Assembly: GCA_963798085.1 (NCBI GenBank)
Contig: CAWCRS010000007.1
Span: forward strand, 256,001-320,000
Length of the DNA stretch: 64,000 nt
Origin: an uncultured Gemmatimonadales bacterium
GTDB taxonomy: Bacteria > Gemmatimonadota > Gemmatimonadetes > Longimicrobiales > RSA9
Direction: 5' to 3'
This document shows, piece after piece, positions 27,280-37,853 of this stretch (positions are counted from its first letter, which is position 1; each line of letters begins with the position of its first letter). Below the pieces are notes generated by a model. It was given only the letters and a program-made list of their open reading frames with translations, was not told where the DNA came from and ran no database searches. Made by a program: the position numbers and the translations under genes.

Positions 27280-28320
27280 ATGCGTGTACCGGGCCCGCTC
27301 GTTCCCGCACTCACGGCGCTCTTCATCGCGACCTCGCCACACGCGCCGACCGCGACAGCCAGCGAGCTGTGCGCACCCGTTCCCGGTCTGGCAGTGGTCG
27401 AAGGCCGTGTCATCGACTTCATCACCACGATTCCGCTCCAGTCCGCGGACGTCGTGATCCGCTGGCCACAAACGGATCGCGAGGACCACTGGCAGGAGAA
27501 AGAGGTGGAGACGGATCGTGAGGGCCGGTTCCGCGTGTGCGATGCGCCCCACGGCCGGCGAGTGCTGGTGCAGGCCAGATTCATGGGCGAGCAGAGCGAG
27601 TCGCGCAACGCCTCCGCCGACACACTGCAGCCGGCCACGGTGGTGCTGGAAGTGCAGGCGCCACACTCGACGCTGGGCGGACGCGTATTCGACCACGACA
27701 CCAATCATCCCGTGGCCGACGCGGCCGTGCGCATTGCCGGACAGGCTGCGCCGCAGATCACGCGCGACGACGGGTCCTTCCGCTTCGATCGCGTGCCGCC
27801 CGGCGTCTACACGATCGACGTGCAGCACATTGCCTACCTGCCGCTGCACGATTCCATCGATGTACGGCCCAACAGCAGCATGATGGCCATGATTCACGTG
27901 GCGCCGCACGTGATTCCCATTGCTCCCATTGAAGTGACCGTGCGCTCGTTCGTACTCGAGCGGGTGGGTTTCTACCAGCGGCAGCAGCGGCACATCGGCA
28001 CGTACATAACACGCAGTCAGATCGAGGCGCGACCGCCCATGCGAACCAGCGACCTGCTGCGCGCCATCGCGGGTGTTCGGCTGGCAGAGGGCCGCATGGG
28101 CGCTCTGGCACTGGGTCGCGGCAACTGTCCGTTCCGCTACATCCTGGACGGCACCCGCATTGGGCCGGGCTTTTCCATTGATGACGTGCCCTTCCAGACC
28201 ATCGAAGGCCTCGAGGTCTATCTCGGTCCTTCGCAGGTTCCCGTCGAGTTCAACAGTTTCGGCAGCGAGGAGAACGGCACCTGCGGCGCCATCCTGATCT
28301 GGACGCGCAACCGGACCTGA
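27280..28320 (+). CDS. Exported protein with two carboxypeptidase-regulatory-like domains and a TonB plug-like domain, no barrel
   Basis: GRV.D...P+..A.V repeats, TRDDGSF, GFYQR...YITRSQI...DLLR, IEGLEVY, CGAILIWTR. Confidence 0.75.
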   Translation: MRVPGPLVPALTALFIATSPHAPTATASELCAPVPGLAVVEGRVIDFITTIPLQSADVVIRWPQTDREDHWQEKEVETDREGRFRVCDAPHGRRVLVQARFMGEQSESRNASADTLQPATVVLEVQAPHSTLGGRVFDHDTNHPVADAAVRIAGQAAPQITRDDGSFRFDRVPPGVYTIDVQHIAYLPLHDSIDVRPNSSMMAMIHVAPHVIPIAPIEVTVRSFVLERVGFYQRQQRHIGTYITRSQIEARPPMRTSDLLRAIAGVRLAEGRMGALALGRGNCPFRYILDGTRIGPGFSIDDVPFQTIEGLEVYLGPSQVPVEFNSFGSEENGTCGAILIWTRNRT

Positions 28321-28352
28321 GCGCACTGGCGCAGTCGCTGCGCGAGCAGGCA

Positions 28353-29555
28353 GTGGCGCTGGGCTGCGCTGCCGCGGGCATTGCGCCGCTACGGCCCAGC
28401 GAGCACGCACACTTCTATCGTGCGTGGCTGGCGCAGGGCCGGCACGGCGCGATGGGCTGGCTGGCGCGTCCCGATGCGGTGGCCCGACGCACCGACCCGA
28501 CCCGGGCGTGGCCCGTGCTGAAGAGCGCCCTCGTGATAGCAGTGAGTTATCAGCCAACCGCCGAGGAAGCGACTCCGGACCGCGCGCACGGCATCATCGC
28601 GCGTTATGCACGGGGCCGCGACTACCACCGTGTGGTCAAGGCGAAACTGCTGCGGCTGCTGCGCTGGCTGGAACGCGAGACCGGCGAGGCGCTGCCGGCC
28701 GCGCGGGCGTACGTGGATACGGGTGCCGTGCTGGAGCGCGAACTGGCCGGGCGCGCCGGCCTGGGCTGGTTCGGGCGCAACACCATGCTCATCCATCCCC
28801 GCCGCGGCTCGTACTTCTTCCTGGGCGTGCTGCTGCTCGAGCTGGAGCTGCCGGCCGATGCACCGTTCACACGCGACCACTGCGGCACCTGCAACGCGTG
28901 TGTCGAGGCGTGCCCCACGGGCGCGCTGCTGGGTCGGGACAGCAGCGGCGCGCCCATCATGGACGCGCGGCGCTGCATTTCCTACCTGACCATCGAGCAG
29001 CGCGGCCCGATTCCGCGCGAGCTGCGCCCGCTCATCTCCAACCGTGTGTTTGGCTGCGACATCTGCCAGGAAGTCTGCCCCTTCAACCGCCGGCAAGCCG
29101 CAGCACTGGACGCGGCCTTCGCGGCACGCGGTCCAGGCGAAGCCCCCGGCGGCAGCGAGCCCGCCGGAACGGCGCGCGCGGAGCATCCCGGAACCGCGAC
29201 GCCCGCGCTGGTCGAGCTGATGGCCATGGACGAAGCGGCGTGGGAGGATTTCTCGCGCGGGTCTGCGATCCGGCGCGCCGGCCACACCGGATTCCGGCGC
29301 AATGTCGCCGTTGCGCTGGGCAACTGGGGCGCCGCAGCCGCCGCGCCTTCGCTCATCGCCGCACTGGCCGATGCGGAGCCGCTGGTGCGGTCGCACGCAG
29401 CCTGGGCGCTCGGCAAGGTCGGAACGGCCACGGCTCGAACTGCACTGAACGAACGGCTGTCGTGTGAAACGGACCCGGCAGTGATCGAAGAGATCCACGT
29501 GGCGTTATCCGACTGCGACGTTGCGGCGCCGTCACAAGGCACGCCTGCCGGGTAG
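28353..29555 (+). CDS. queG: tRNA epoxyqueuosine reductase
   Basis: ARYARGRDYH, VDTGAVLER, CGTCNACVEACPT, CISYLTIE, GCDICQEVCP, HEAT-like tail. The true start is probably slightly upstream (frame open to about 28299). Confidence 0.92.
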   Translation: MALGCAAAGIAPLRPSEHAHFYRAWLAQGRHGAMGWLARPDAVARRTDPTRAWPVLKSALVIAVSYQPTAEEATPDRAHGIIARYARGRDYHRVVKAKLLRLLRWLERETGEALPAARAYVDTGAVLERELAGRAGLGWFGRNTMLIHPRRGSYFFLGVLLLELELPADAPFTRDHCGTCNACVEACPTGALLGRDSSGAPIMDARRCISYLTIEQRGPIPRELRPLISNRVFGCDICQEVCPFNRRQAAALDAAFAARGPGEAPGGSEPAGTARAEHPGTATPALVELMAMDEAAWEDFSRGSAIRRAGHTGFRRNVAVALGNWGAAAAAPSLIAALADAEPLVRSHAAWALGKVGTATARTALNERLSCETDPAVIEEIHVALSDCDVAAPSQGTPAG

Positions 29556-29783
29556 CATTGCCACGGCCAACTTCAGCGCGATTCCCGTCTCCGCCTCCCC
29601 GGGGTCCTGAAGCGTCCGATGCAGACGCGCGGGAACGGGTCGCGCCCTGTCACGGCGATCTGGCCGGGCGCGAGACATGAAAGAGGCCGACAAGAGATCA
29701 GATCATTTGACCAATCACGCGCGCCGCATTATCTACTTCTGCTGACTGCAACAATCATCGTCCCGTAAACCCATCAGGGCCCG

Positions 29784-31238
29784 ATGAACCGCACGCATGC
29801 CCAACGCACCGCGGCCGCGATCGGGCTGGCGGCGGCCACGCTGCTGGCACACCCGACCCTCGCGCGGGCGCAGGACACGCGGAATTCGCCACCCGTCGAG
29901 CTGACCGCGCAACAGGACCACGAGCGCACCATGCGGCTGCTCGGCATCACGGCGCTCCGGCCGGGCGCGAATGGAAACGACCCGCAGGCGCCGAATGCGG
30001 CGAACTACGATGAGTCGAAAGCGAATCCCTATCCGCATTTGCCGGACGCGCTGCTCACGCAGGCGAGGGAGCGTGTGACCTCACCGGAAATGTGGTGGTC
30101 GGTCAGGCGACCCGAGATCGTCGAGCTGTTCGACCGCGAGGTCTACGGCCGCGTCCCCGGCAACGTGCCGGCGGTGCATTGGGAAGTGCAATCGACCACA
30201 CGCGGCATGAACGGTGACGTCGCGATCCTCACGAAGCAGCTGGTCGGCCACGTCGATAACAGCGTGTATCCGCAGGACAGCGTGAACCTCCTGCTCACGC
30301 TGAGCACGCCGGCCAATGCGACCGGCCCCGTGCCCGTGATCATGCAGTTCGGTTTTGGTGGCTTTGGTCCGCGCGCGGGTGGCGCGGGTGCGCCGGGGCG
30401 CGGTGCAGCAGGCAATGCGGGGCGTGCGGGCGACGCCGGCCGGGGCGCGGGCGCCGGTCGGGGTGGGCCGCCGGGCGGTCCGCCGCCGGGACCCACCTGG
30501 CAGGCGCAGGTGCTGGCGCGCGGCTGGGGCTACGCGGTGATCAATACGGGGAGCATCCAGGCGGACAATGGCGCGGGACTGACGCACGGCATCATCGGTC
30601 TGACGAATCACGGCCAGCCGCGCGCGCTCGATGACTGGGGCGTGCTGCGTGCATGGGCATGGGGCGCGAGTCGCGTGCTCGACTATTTCGAGACGGACGC
30701 GGCGGTGGACGCGAAGCGTGTGGGGCTGGAAGGTCATTCGCGCTGGGGCAAGGCGACGCTGGTGGCGATGGCGTACGATCAGCGTTTCGCCATCGCCTAC
30801 GTCAGCTCATCGGGCGAGGGCGGCGCCAAGCTGCATTGCCGCAATGCGGGCGAGATCGTCGAGAATGTGGCGGGCACCGGAGAGTACCACTGGATGGCGG
30901 GCAACTTCCTGAAGTATGCGGGTCCGCTGACGTGGGATGATCTGCCGGTCGACGCGCACGAGCTGATCGCACTCTGCGCGCCGCGACCCGTGTTCATCAG
31001 TGCGGGTGACCGTGGCGATGGCTGGGTGGATGCGCGCGGCATGTTCATGGCCGCGGCTGCCGCCGGCCCGGTCTACTCGCTGCTGGGCAGGCGGGGGCTG
31101 GGCACGGACGTGTTTCCGCCCGTCGAGACCGGCCTCATGGACGGCGATCTCACGTTCCGCCAGCATGCGAGCGGCCACACCGACGGACCCAACTGGCCTG
31201 CGTTCCTCGAGTTCGCGGCGCGCTACTTCAGGCCGTAG
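29784..31238 (+). CDS. CE15-like glucuronoyl/acetylxylan esterase, secreted
   Basis: Signal peptide; NYDESKA, AWAWGASR, GHSRWGK nucleophile motif, DAHELIALCAPRP. Confidence 0.85.
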   Translation: MNRTHAQRTAAAIGLAAATLLAHPTLARAQDTRNSPPVELTAQQDHERTMRLLGITALRPGANGNDPQAPNAANYDESKANPYPHLPDALLTQARERVTSPEMWWSVRRPEIVELFDREVYGRVPGNVPAVHWEVQSTTRGMNGDVAILTKQLVGHVDNSVYPQDSVNLLLTLSTPANATGPVPVIMQFGFGGFGPRAGGAGAPGRGAAGNAGRAGDAGRGAGAGRGGPPGGPPPGPTWQAQVLARGWGYAVINTGSIQADNGAGLTHGIIGLTNHGQPRALDDWGVLRAWAWGASRVLDYFETDAAVDAKRVGLEGHSRWGKATLVAMAYDQRFAIAYVSSSGEGGAKLHCRNAGEIVENVAGTGEYHWMAGNFLKYAGPLTWDDLPVDAHELIALCAPRPVFISAGDRGDGWVDARGMFMAAAAAGPVYSLLGRRGLGTDVFPPVETGLMDGDLTFRQHASGHTDGPNWPAFLEFAARYFRP

Positions 31239-31464
31239 TGGTCCCGCCTCGCAGTGTAGTCACAGCGGCAACGCGGGCGCGGGCGCGCCCGCCTGACACG
31301 CCTGCGGCACACGTGCCTGCGGCACACGCCCTGCAATCGAGACCGGGAGCCGTTCATCCGGCAGGCGCTCATCGACTGTACATACCCTTACATGTGGACT
31401 GCCGCTGCGGACTCCGGGCAATAACCTTCAAGCATTCGGCGAACCGGGCGCGCACAGTTCAGGA

Positions 31465-32565
31465 ATGAGATCGATCTTCGTGGCCGCCGCAGCGGCGGTC
31501 TTTGCCGGTGCCGCGTTGGGCCCGGCGCTGCAGGCCCGTGCGTCGGCGCGCGTTGTGGTGGGGGACCTCGAGATCCAGGCGCTCGGCCACGATGTCTACG
31601 CCGCCATCCGCACGGCGCCGATCGGCCTGGCCCAGAATGGCAACTCGCTGTTCGTCGTGAACGACAGCGATGTGGTGGTCGTGGATGCGCAATTCACACG
31701 GGCTGCGACACTCGAGAACATTGCGGCGCTGCGGCGCATCACGCACAAGCCGGTCAGCTATGTGCTGAACACGCACTGGCACGACGACCACGTGGCGGGC
31801 AATCAGGTCTACCAGGACAGCTTTCCCGGCGTGAAGTTCCTGGCGACCGCGCAGACGCGCGCCGATCTGATCGCTCTGGGCCGGCCCAACCGCACGGGCA
31901 CTGTCGAGAACGCACCGCCCGCCGTCGAGCACTACGCTCGCCTGCTGGCAATGGGCCTGGGCATCGACAGCCTGCCCGCGTCCGAGCTGGAGAAGAAGTC
32001 GGTGACCAGCGCACTGGCCATCATGCGCCAGTACGTGGCCGAGAGCGGGGGATTCCGCGAAGTCCTTCCCGACAGCATGACCGGGCGCAGCATCACGCTG
32101 CGGCGAGGGCGGCGCGTGATCGAGCTGCACTGGTTCGGGCGAGGCAACACGCGGGGCGATCTTGTCACCTGGTTGCCGCAGGAAAAGATCGTCTCCACTG
32201 GCGACCTGATCGTTGCGCCGATACCGTTCGGCTTCAATGCCTATCCTTCGGAATGGATCGCGGTGCTCGATTCCGTGGCTGCGCTGGGGCCGGCGATCCT
32301 CGTGCCGGGTCACGGTCCGGTGATGCGTGATCTGACGTACCTGCGCACGGTGCAGCAGGCGCTGCAGGCCGCGCGCGAAGGGACGCGCGCCGCGGTCGAG
32401 CGCGGCGTGACCGCGCAGGATGTCCAGCGCGCGGTGCCACTGGACGACTGGCGGGTGCGCATGGCCGATGACGAGAAATGGCTTAACACGCTGTTCCGGC
32501 AGTTCTTCAAGGGTCCGGTCGTGGCGCGACTGTACGAAGAGGCAAAGAACGGCGCACTGAAATGA
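31465..32565 (+). CDS. Secreted MBL-fold metallo-hydrolase
   Basis: NTHWHDDH, TGDL, VPGHG; signal peptide. Confidence 0.85.
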   Translation: MRSIFVAAAAAVFAGAALGPALQARASARVVVGDLEIQALGHDVYAAIRTAPIGLAQNGNSLFVVNDSDVVVVDAQFTRAATLENIAALRRITHKPVSYVLNTHWHDDHVAGNQVYQDSFPGVKFLATAQTRADLIALGRPNRTGTVENAPPAVEHYARLLAMGLGIDSLPASELEKKSVTSALAIMRQYVAESGGFREVLPDSMTGRSITLRRGRRVIELHWFGRGNTRGDLVTWLPQEKIVSTGDLIVAPIPFGFNAYPSEWIAVLDSVAALGPAILVPGHGPVMRDLTYLRTVQQALQAAREGTRAAVERGVTAQDVQRAVPLDDWRVRMADDEKWLNTLFRQFFKGPVVARLYEEAKNGALK

Positions 32566-33389
32566 AGGACGTGGTCTTCGCCCGGATCGAGCTGCCCTGC
32601 GGCCATTTCGACGCACTGCACGCCACCCATTTCAAGCGACGCTTCCGCCCGCACTTCCACGAGACCTTCGCGATTGGTGTGATCGAGGCCGGCTGCGCCC
32701 GTCTCGAGACGGCGCGCGGCGTCTGGCAGGGCGGGCCGGGCACGATCCTCTGCTTCTCGCCCGGCGAAGTGCACAGCGCCGATCCCATTGACGACGAAGG
32801 CTTCAGCTACCGCATGTACTATCCATCCAGCGAGATGATGCGTGAGCTGGGCATTCGTGTCGAAAGCGACGACGCGGCTCCACCTCTCTTCGAGCGGCCG
32901 GTGATCGACGATCCCGCCCTCGCTGAGCGGCTGAGCGAAACGCACGTACTGCTGCTCGAGGGGCGCCAGTCACCGTCTGCGGAAGCGCGCGTGGTGAACA
33001 GCATGCGGGCGCTGGTGCAGCGCCACCGCGCGGCCGCCGACGCGCGCAGCCACTCGCCGCGCGACCTGGCCGCGGTGCTGCAGGCACGCGATTACCTGCG
33101 CAGGCACTTCACGCAGCAGGTCAGCATCGTGGCACTGGCGCAATCGGCCGGGCTCAGCCCGTTCCACTTCATCCGGCTTTTCCACCGCGTGCTGGGCATG
33201 CCGCCCTACGCATACCTCGTGCAGCTGCGCGTCAACCGCGCCCGCATCATGCTCTGCCGCGGCTGGAGCGTGGCGCAGGTTTCCTACGCCTGCGGCTTCA
33301 GCGACCAGAGCCACCTGACAAGGCTGTTCCACAGCTCGGTGGGTGTACCGCCCGGGCAGTACCTGCGCTCCACGCGTCCCGCCGCCTGA
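32562..33389 (+). CDS. AraC family transcriptional regulator
   Basis: PHFHE cupin domain; C-terminal double HTH with GFSDQSHLTR. Confidence 0.92.
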   Translation: MKDVVFARIELPCGHFDALHATHFKRRFRPHFHETFAIGVIEAGCARLETARGVWQGGPGTILCFSPGEVHSADPIDDEGFSYRMYYPSSEMMRELGIRVESDDAAPPLFERPVIDDPALAERLSETHVLLLEGRQSPSAEARVVNSMRALVQRHRAAADARSHSPRDLAAVLQARDYLRRHFTQQVSIVALAQSAGLSPFHFIRLFHRVLGMPPYAYLVQLRVNRARIMLCRGWSVAQVSYACGFSDQSHLTRLFHSSVGVPPGQYLRSTRPAA

Positions 33390-33417
33390 CAGGACCGCAG
33401 CAGAGGTCTGCGCGGGT

Positions 33418-34599
33418 TCAGCGGTGCGCTTCCCGGGTGCCCGCGTAGCGCTCGACGTGCACGCTGCGCACGCGCCCATCCCCGCCCCGGCTGAAGCGCA
33501 CGTTGAGTAACTGTCCGTTAGCGTAGAAGCTGGAATCGCTGGAGGCCAGCAGCGACGTGCGGGTACCGCCCGGCTCGGTCAGCTGCAGGCGCCCGTTGCC
33601 GGCCGAAACGACGAAGCGCTCGCCGGATGTCGTCGCATACTCTCCGACATAACGCGCCAGCACATCGGGGGACAGCGCCAGTGAGGGCCGCGCAAAGACG
33701 GACTGCAGTCCGCGCGTGAAGCCTTCCGCCTTCCCGCCGGAATGCCCGCTGCCCTCGATAACAAGCGATTGCAGTTCCAGGCCCTGGTAAGCGCGCGAGT
33801 GCAGCTGCGCGGCGAGACGCTCGAAGTCGGCAACGTCCGGCTCGAGACCGCCTGCCGCCATGAACAGCCGCGCCGGCAGCCAGCGCGTTCCTGCGCTGAA
33901 GCTCTGCTCGCGATGGTAGATCCAGTCGCTGTCCCAGCCGGCGGCCGGGCTGGTCAGCACGAAACGGTTGAACACGCCGGGCGCCTCCAGCAGAGCGTAC
34001 AGCGTGAACAGACCGCCCAGCGAGCTGCCCATCAGCGTGCGGTCCGGCAGCACGCGATAGTTCGCTTCGACGAACGGGATCGCCTCATCGCGCAGGAACG
34101 CCAGGAACTGCGGCGCGTTGCCCGAGTGCGCGATGCGCGCCTGCGGCGTGGGTGTGAAATCGCGGCCGCGCAGCGCATCGGCATCGGGATTCACGCCGCC
34201 CCACGTCACACCCACAATCACTGCCGCGGGCAGGAAGCCGTCGTAATACTGCTGGCCGTAGATCGCCGTGACCAATGGGAAATCCCACTGCGAGTCCAGC
34301 ACGAACAGGACCGGGTAGCGCTGGTCGCTGCTGGCGTAGCCCGCCGGCAGGTGGATCTGCAGCAAGTACTTCTGTCCGGGCACCAGCCGCGAAGTGATGG
34401 TGCGCGTCTCACTGCCCGGAATGATCACTGGTGCACGGTCTGCCGCTTGCGCGCGTGCGTTGTCCGGTGCGCTGCCGAGCAGGGCGATCGTGGCCGCCGC
34501 GGCGAACGCAGGCATTGCGGGCCGCCACGCCGATGGTGCGGTTGCGAGTCGAGTGGGAGCGCCCCCGGGATGGTGCGGGGCATTGCGGCGGGCTGACAT
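33418..34599 (-). CDS. IroE/Fes-like alpha/beta hydrolase with C-terminal beta domain
   Basis: YPVLFVLD, RDFTP, GSSLGG. Start uncertain (34599 or 34515). Confidence 0.8.
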   Translation of the reverse strand: MSARRNAPHHPGGAPTRLATAPSAWRPAMPAFAAAATIALLGSAPDNARAQAADRAPVIIPGSETRTITSRLVPGQKYLLQIHLPAGYASSDQRYPVLFVLDSQWDFPLVTAIYGQQYYDGFLPAAVIVGVTWGGVNPDADALRGRDFTPTPQARIAHSGNAPQFLAFLRDEAIPFVEANYRVLPDRTLMGSSLGGLFTLYALLEAPGVFNRFVLTSPAAGWDSDWIYHREQSFSAGTRWLPARLFMAAGGLEPDVADFERLAAQLHSRAYQGLELQSLVIEGSGHSGGKAEGFTRGLQSVFARPSLALSPDVLARYVGEYATTSGERFVVSAGNGRLQLTEPGGTRTSLLASSDSSFYANGQLLNVRFSRGGDGRVRSVHVERYAGTREAHR

Positions 34600-34692
34600 A
34601 AAGTCATCTTATGGGCTTCGGCCTCGCCTCGCAAACGATCACGCGCAGCCCCCAACCCACGACAGGCGAGGACTCCTGAGACGGAGGCGAGG

Positions 34693-36063
34693 GTGCACCC
34701 GTTCCTGATCCTCGCGCTCGGCATGGCGGCGGTGCTGGGCGGCATCATTGTGCTCCGGCTGAACGCGTTCCTCGCGCTGATCGCGGCGGCGCTGCTGGTG
34801 AGTCTGCTGGCGCCGGGCGCTGCCGCGACAAAGGTGGCGCGCGTGGCGGAGGCGTTCGGCAGGACGGCGGGCAGCATCGGCATCGTGATCGCGCTGGCGG
34901 CGATCATCGGCAAGGCGATGATGGACAGCGGCGCGGCCGCGCGCATCGTGCAGGCGTTGCTGGCTGTGCTGGGCGAGAAGCGTGCGGCGACGGCGCTCGC
35001 GGTCAGCGGTTTCGTGCTGGCGATCCCGGTTTTCTTCGACACGGTTTTCTACCTGCTCGTGCCGCTGGCGCGCTCAATGTATGGCACCACACGGCGCCAC
35101 TACCTGCGCTACGTCCTGGCGATCTGCGCGGGCGCGGTGGCGGCGCACACGCTGGTGCCGCCCACGCCGGGTCCACTCGTAGTGGCGAGCACGCTGGGTG
35201 TGGACCTGGGCACGATGCTGCTGGTCGGGATCGCGGTGGGTCTGCCGGGTGCTGCGGCAGGCCTGCTCTTCGCCGCGTGGCTGGACCGGCGCATGCCCGT
35301 CCCGTTCCGCACCGGCGAGACGGGCATCACGACGGCGGAACTGGAGCCGCCGCCAGCGCTGCCGGCACTGGTGCCGTCGCTGCTCCCCATCGTGCTGCCG
35401 GTGCTGCTGATCTCGACTAACACGATCATAGCATCACTGGCCGCGCGTCCCGGCGCCGCGGCGTTCTGGGCGAGGCTGGCGCCGGCGGCGGCGGTGCCGG
35501 GCAACGCCAACCTCGCGCTGCTGCTGGCGGCCGCCGTGGCCCTGTGGGTGTACGCGCGCCATCGCCGACCCGGCGGCGAGGCCATGGCCGCAATGGTGGA
35601 AACGTCGCTCATGAGTGGCGGTGTGATCATCCTGATCACCGCAGCCGGCGGCGCCTTCGGCGCGATGCTGCAGGCGGCGAACATCGGTCCGGAGATCCAG
35701 CGGCTGTCCGGCAGCGGCGCCAGCGGGCTGATGGTGCTGCTGCTGGCGTTCGGCGTATCCGTGCTGATGAAGGTGGCGCAGGGCTCGAGCACGGTGGCCA
35801 TGATCACGACATCGGCCATGCTCGCGGCCATGCTCGGCAAGGGAGCGGCGCTGCCGTTTCACGTGGTGTACGTGGCCACGGCGATCGGCAGCGGCTCGCT
35901 GGTGGGCTCCTGGATGAACGACAGCGGCTTCTGGGTGGTGAGCCGCATGGGCGGCCTCACGGAAGTCGAAGCGCTCAAGTCATGGACGCCGCTGCTGGTG
36001 GTCGTCGGCCTCACCTCCATGATCGCCACGCTGGTGCTGGCGCTGGCCCTGCCGCTGCGCTGA
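34693..36063 (+). CDS. GntP family sugar-acid:H+ symporter
   Basis: IPVFFD, VPPTPGP, AQGSSTVA, WMNDSGFW; many TM segments. Confidence 0.9.
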   Translation: MHPFLILALGMAAVLGGIIVLRLNAFLALIAAALLVSLLAPGAAATKVARVAEAFGRTAGSIGIVIALAAIIGKAMMDSGAAARIVQALLAVLGEKRAATALAVSGFVLAIPVFFDTVFYLLVPLARSMYGTTRRHYLRYVLAICAGAVAAHTLVPPTPGPLVVASTLGVDLGTMLLVGIAVGLPGAAAGLLFAAWLDRRMPVPFRTGETGITTAELEPPPALPALVPSLLPIVLPVLLISTNTIIASLAARPGAAAFWARLAPAAAVPGNANLALLLAAAVALWVYARHRRPGGEAMAAMVETSLMSGGVIILITAAGGAFGAMLQAANIGPEIQRLSGSGASGLMVLLLAFGVSVLMKVAQGSSTVAMITTSAMLAAMLGKGAALPFHVVYVATAIGSGSLVGSWMNDSGFWVVSRMGGLTEVEALKSWTPLLVVVGLTSMIATLVLALALPLR

Positions 36064-36102
36064 GCCCATGTCCAGCGGAAGCGCTGCCGCAGGGCCGGGA
36101 GG

Positions 36103-37761
36103 TCAGGTCACATCGTTGCGTGATAACTGTCCGTTAACAAGCCGCCAGATGCCCAGCGCGTTGTGGTTGCGCAGCGCGGGTGGCAGGGCAGCGCCGGGGA
36201 AGTCCTGGAAGCAGACAGGGCGCGCGAAACGCGTGATCGCCGCGCTGCCGACAGAGGTGGAGCGCGCATCACTGGAGGCTGGCCAGGGGCCGCCATGCTG
36301 CATGGCATGACCGACCTCGACGCCGGTGGGCACACCATTGAAGATGAGGCGGCCGGCTTTGCGCTGCAGAATCTCGATCAGGCGGGTGTGCGCCAGCAGG
36401 TCGGCGGGTGTGCCGTGAATGCTGGCGGTGAGTTGTCCCTCGAGCGCAGCGGCCGCACGCTCGAGACCGGCCGCGTCATCGGCAGTCACCAGAATCGAGA
36501 CGGGCCCGAACCTCTCTTCGCGCAATGTCGCGTCACGCGCGAACCGCTCTGCATCGATGGCCAGCAGCACCGGCTTCACACGCCGCACCGTCTGCGTTGC
36601 CTCGCCCTGCGCCGCAGCGTCCATTGCAGGCGACGACGGGCTCGACACGCCGCGTCCCGCTTCCTGCGCTTCCGCAGTGCCGGGTACCTGCGCGGCGCCG
36701 TGCTCGCGGGCGCGCTCGATCGCGGATGTGTACGCCGCGGCCAGTCTGTCGTACAGCATGACGCCCGGCTGCGCCGCGGCAATGTGCGCGGCGAGCGCGT
36801 TCTGCAGCTGGTCGAGCGCGGGGCCGCGCACGCCCAGCAGCACGCCCGGGCTGGTGCAGAACTGGCCCACTCCGAGCGTGATGGACTGCGCGAGTGCACG
36901 GGCGATCGCGGCGCCTCGCTCCCGCAGCGCGGAGGGCAGCAGAAACACGGGGTTAATGCTGCCCATCTCGGCGTACACGGGGATGGGCGAGGGGCGGGCC
37001 GCGGCGGCATCGCAGAGGGCGCGTCCGCCGCGCAGCGAGCCGGTGAAGCCAACGGCGGTGATCAGTGGATGACGCACCAGCGCCAGACCCACATCGTGTG
37101 ACCAGCCATGAACCAGCGAGAAGACGCCGGACGGAATTCCCGCGGTGCGCGCCGCGCGCAGTATCGCGCCGGCCGCCAATTCACTGGTGCCCGGGTGCGC
37201 AGGATGCGCCTTGAACACAACCGTGCAGCCGGCCGCGAATGCGGACGCGGTATCGCCGCCCGGAACGGAGAACGCGAGCGGGAAGTTGCTCGCGCCGAAC
37301 ACGGCGACCGGGCCGAGCGGCACGAGCATGCGTCGCAGATCCGGACGCGGCACGGGCGTGCGCGCGGGATCGCCGGGATCGATGCGTGCTTCCACCCAGG
37401 AGCCTTCGTCGAGCAGATCCGCGAACATGCGCAGCTGGCTGGTCGTGCGGCCGCGCTCGTTCTCGAGCCGCGCGGCGGGCAGGGCCGTCTCTGCACTCGC
37501 GCGCGCGATCAGCGCATCCCCGAGCGCGAGGATCTCGTCGGCAATGGCGCGGAGGAAACCCGCGCGCACTGCCGGCGAGGTGCGGCTGAACTCGCGGAAC
37601 GCAGCGTCGGCCGCGCTCGCCGCGGCAGCGATCTGTTCGGCGCCGGCTTCGCGGAACTGCGGCTCGAGCGCTTCGCCGGTATCCGCGCGGACGCCATGAA
37701 ACGCGGGGCCGCTGCCCGGCACGGCTTCACCGTTCACGAGGTTGGCGCCCGAAATGTGCAT
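36103..37761 (-). CDS. Alpha-ketoglutaric semialdehyde (2,5-dioxopentanoate) dehydrogenase
   Basis: [47 protein letters not shown]. Confidence 0.88.
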   Translation of the reverse strand: MHISGANLVNGEAVPGSGPAFHGVRADTGEALEPQFREAGAEQIAAAASAADAAFREFSRTSPAVRAGFLRAIADEILALGDALIARASAETALPAARLENERGRTTSQLRMFADLLDEGSWVEARIDPGDPARTPVPRPDLRRMLVPLGPVAVFGASNFPLAFSVPGGDTASAFAAGCTVVFKAHPAHPGTSELAAGAILRAARTAGIPSGVFSLVHGWSHDVGLALVRHPLITAVGFTGSLRGGRALCDAAAARPSPIPVYAEMGSINPVFLLPSALRERGAAIARALAQSITLGVGQFCTSPGVLLGVRGPALDQLQNALAAHIAAAQPGVMLYDRLAAAYTSAIERAREHGAAQVPGTAEAQEAGRGVSSPSSPAMDAAAQGEATQTVRRVKPVLLAIDAERFARDATLREERFGPVSILVTADDAAGLERAAAALEGQLTASIHGTPADLLAHTRLIEILQRKAGRLIFNGVPTGVEVGHAMQHGGPWPASSDARSTSVGSAAITRFARPVCFQDFPGAALPPALRNHNALGIWRLVNGQLSRNDVT

Positions 37762-37803
37762 GGAGATCATCCTTTGAAACGGGTATTGCGCGAAGGCGAC
37801 GTT

Positions 37804-37846
37804 TGCACGCGGGAGGCGGTCGCGCAAGCCGCACTGCACGCGGGAG
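37804..37846. promoter_or_regulatory. 12-bp direct repeat in the divergent promoter region (candidate operator)
   Basis: tgcacgcgggag at 37804-37815 and 37835-37846. Confidence 0.45.
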
Positions 37847-37853
37847 TGATAGG

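Noticed and set aside
20201..29555. queE/queG as a 7-deazaguanine DNA-modification (dpd) island
   Set aside because: No dpdA/tgt-like gene; queG indicates ordinary tRNA queuosine synthesis.
29707..29735. Possible promoter TTGACC-N17-TATCTA upstream of CE15
   Set aside because: The -10 lacks the conserved final T; too weak to call.
31300..31328. Tandem gcctgcggcacacg x2
   Set aside because: Short GC-rich duplication consistent with slippage; no further support.
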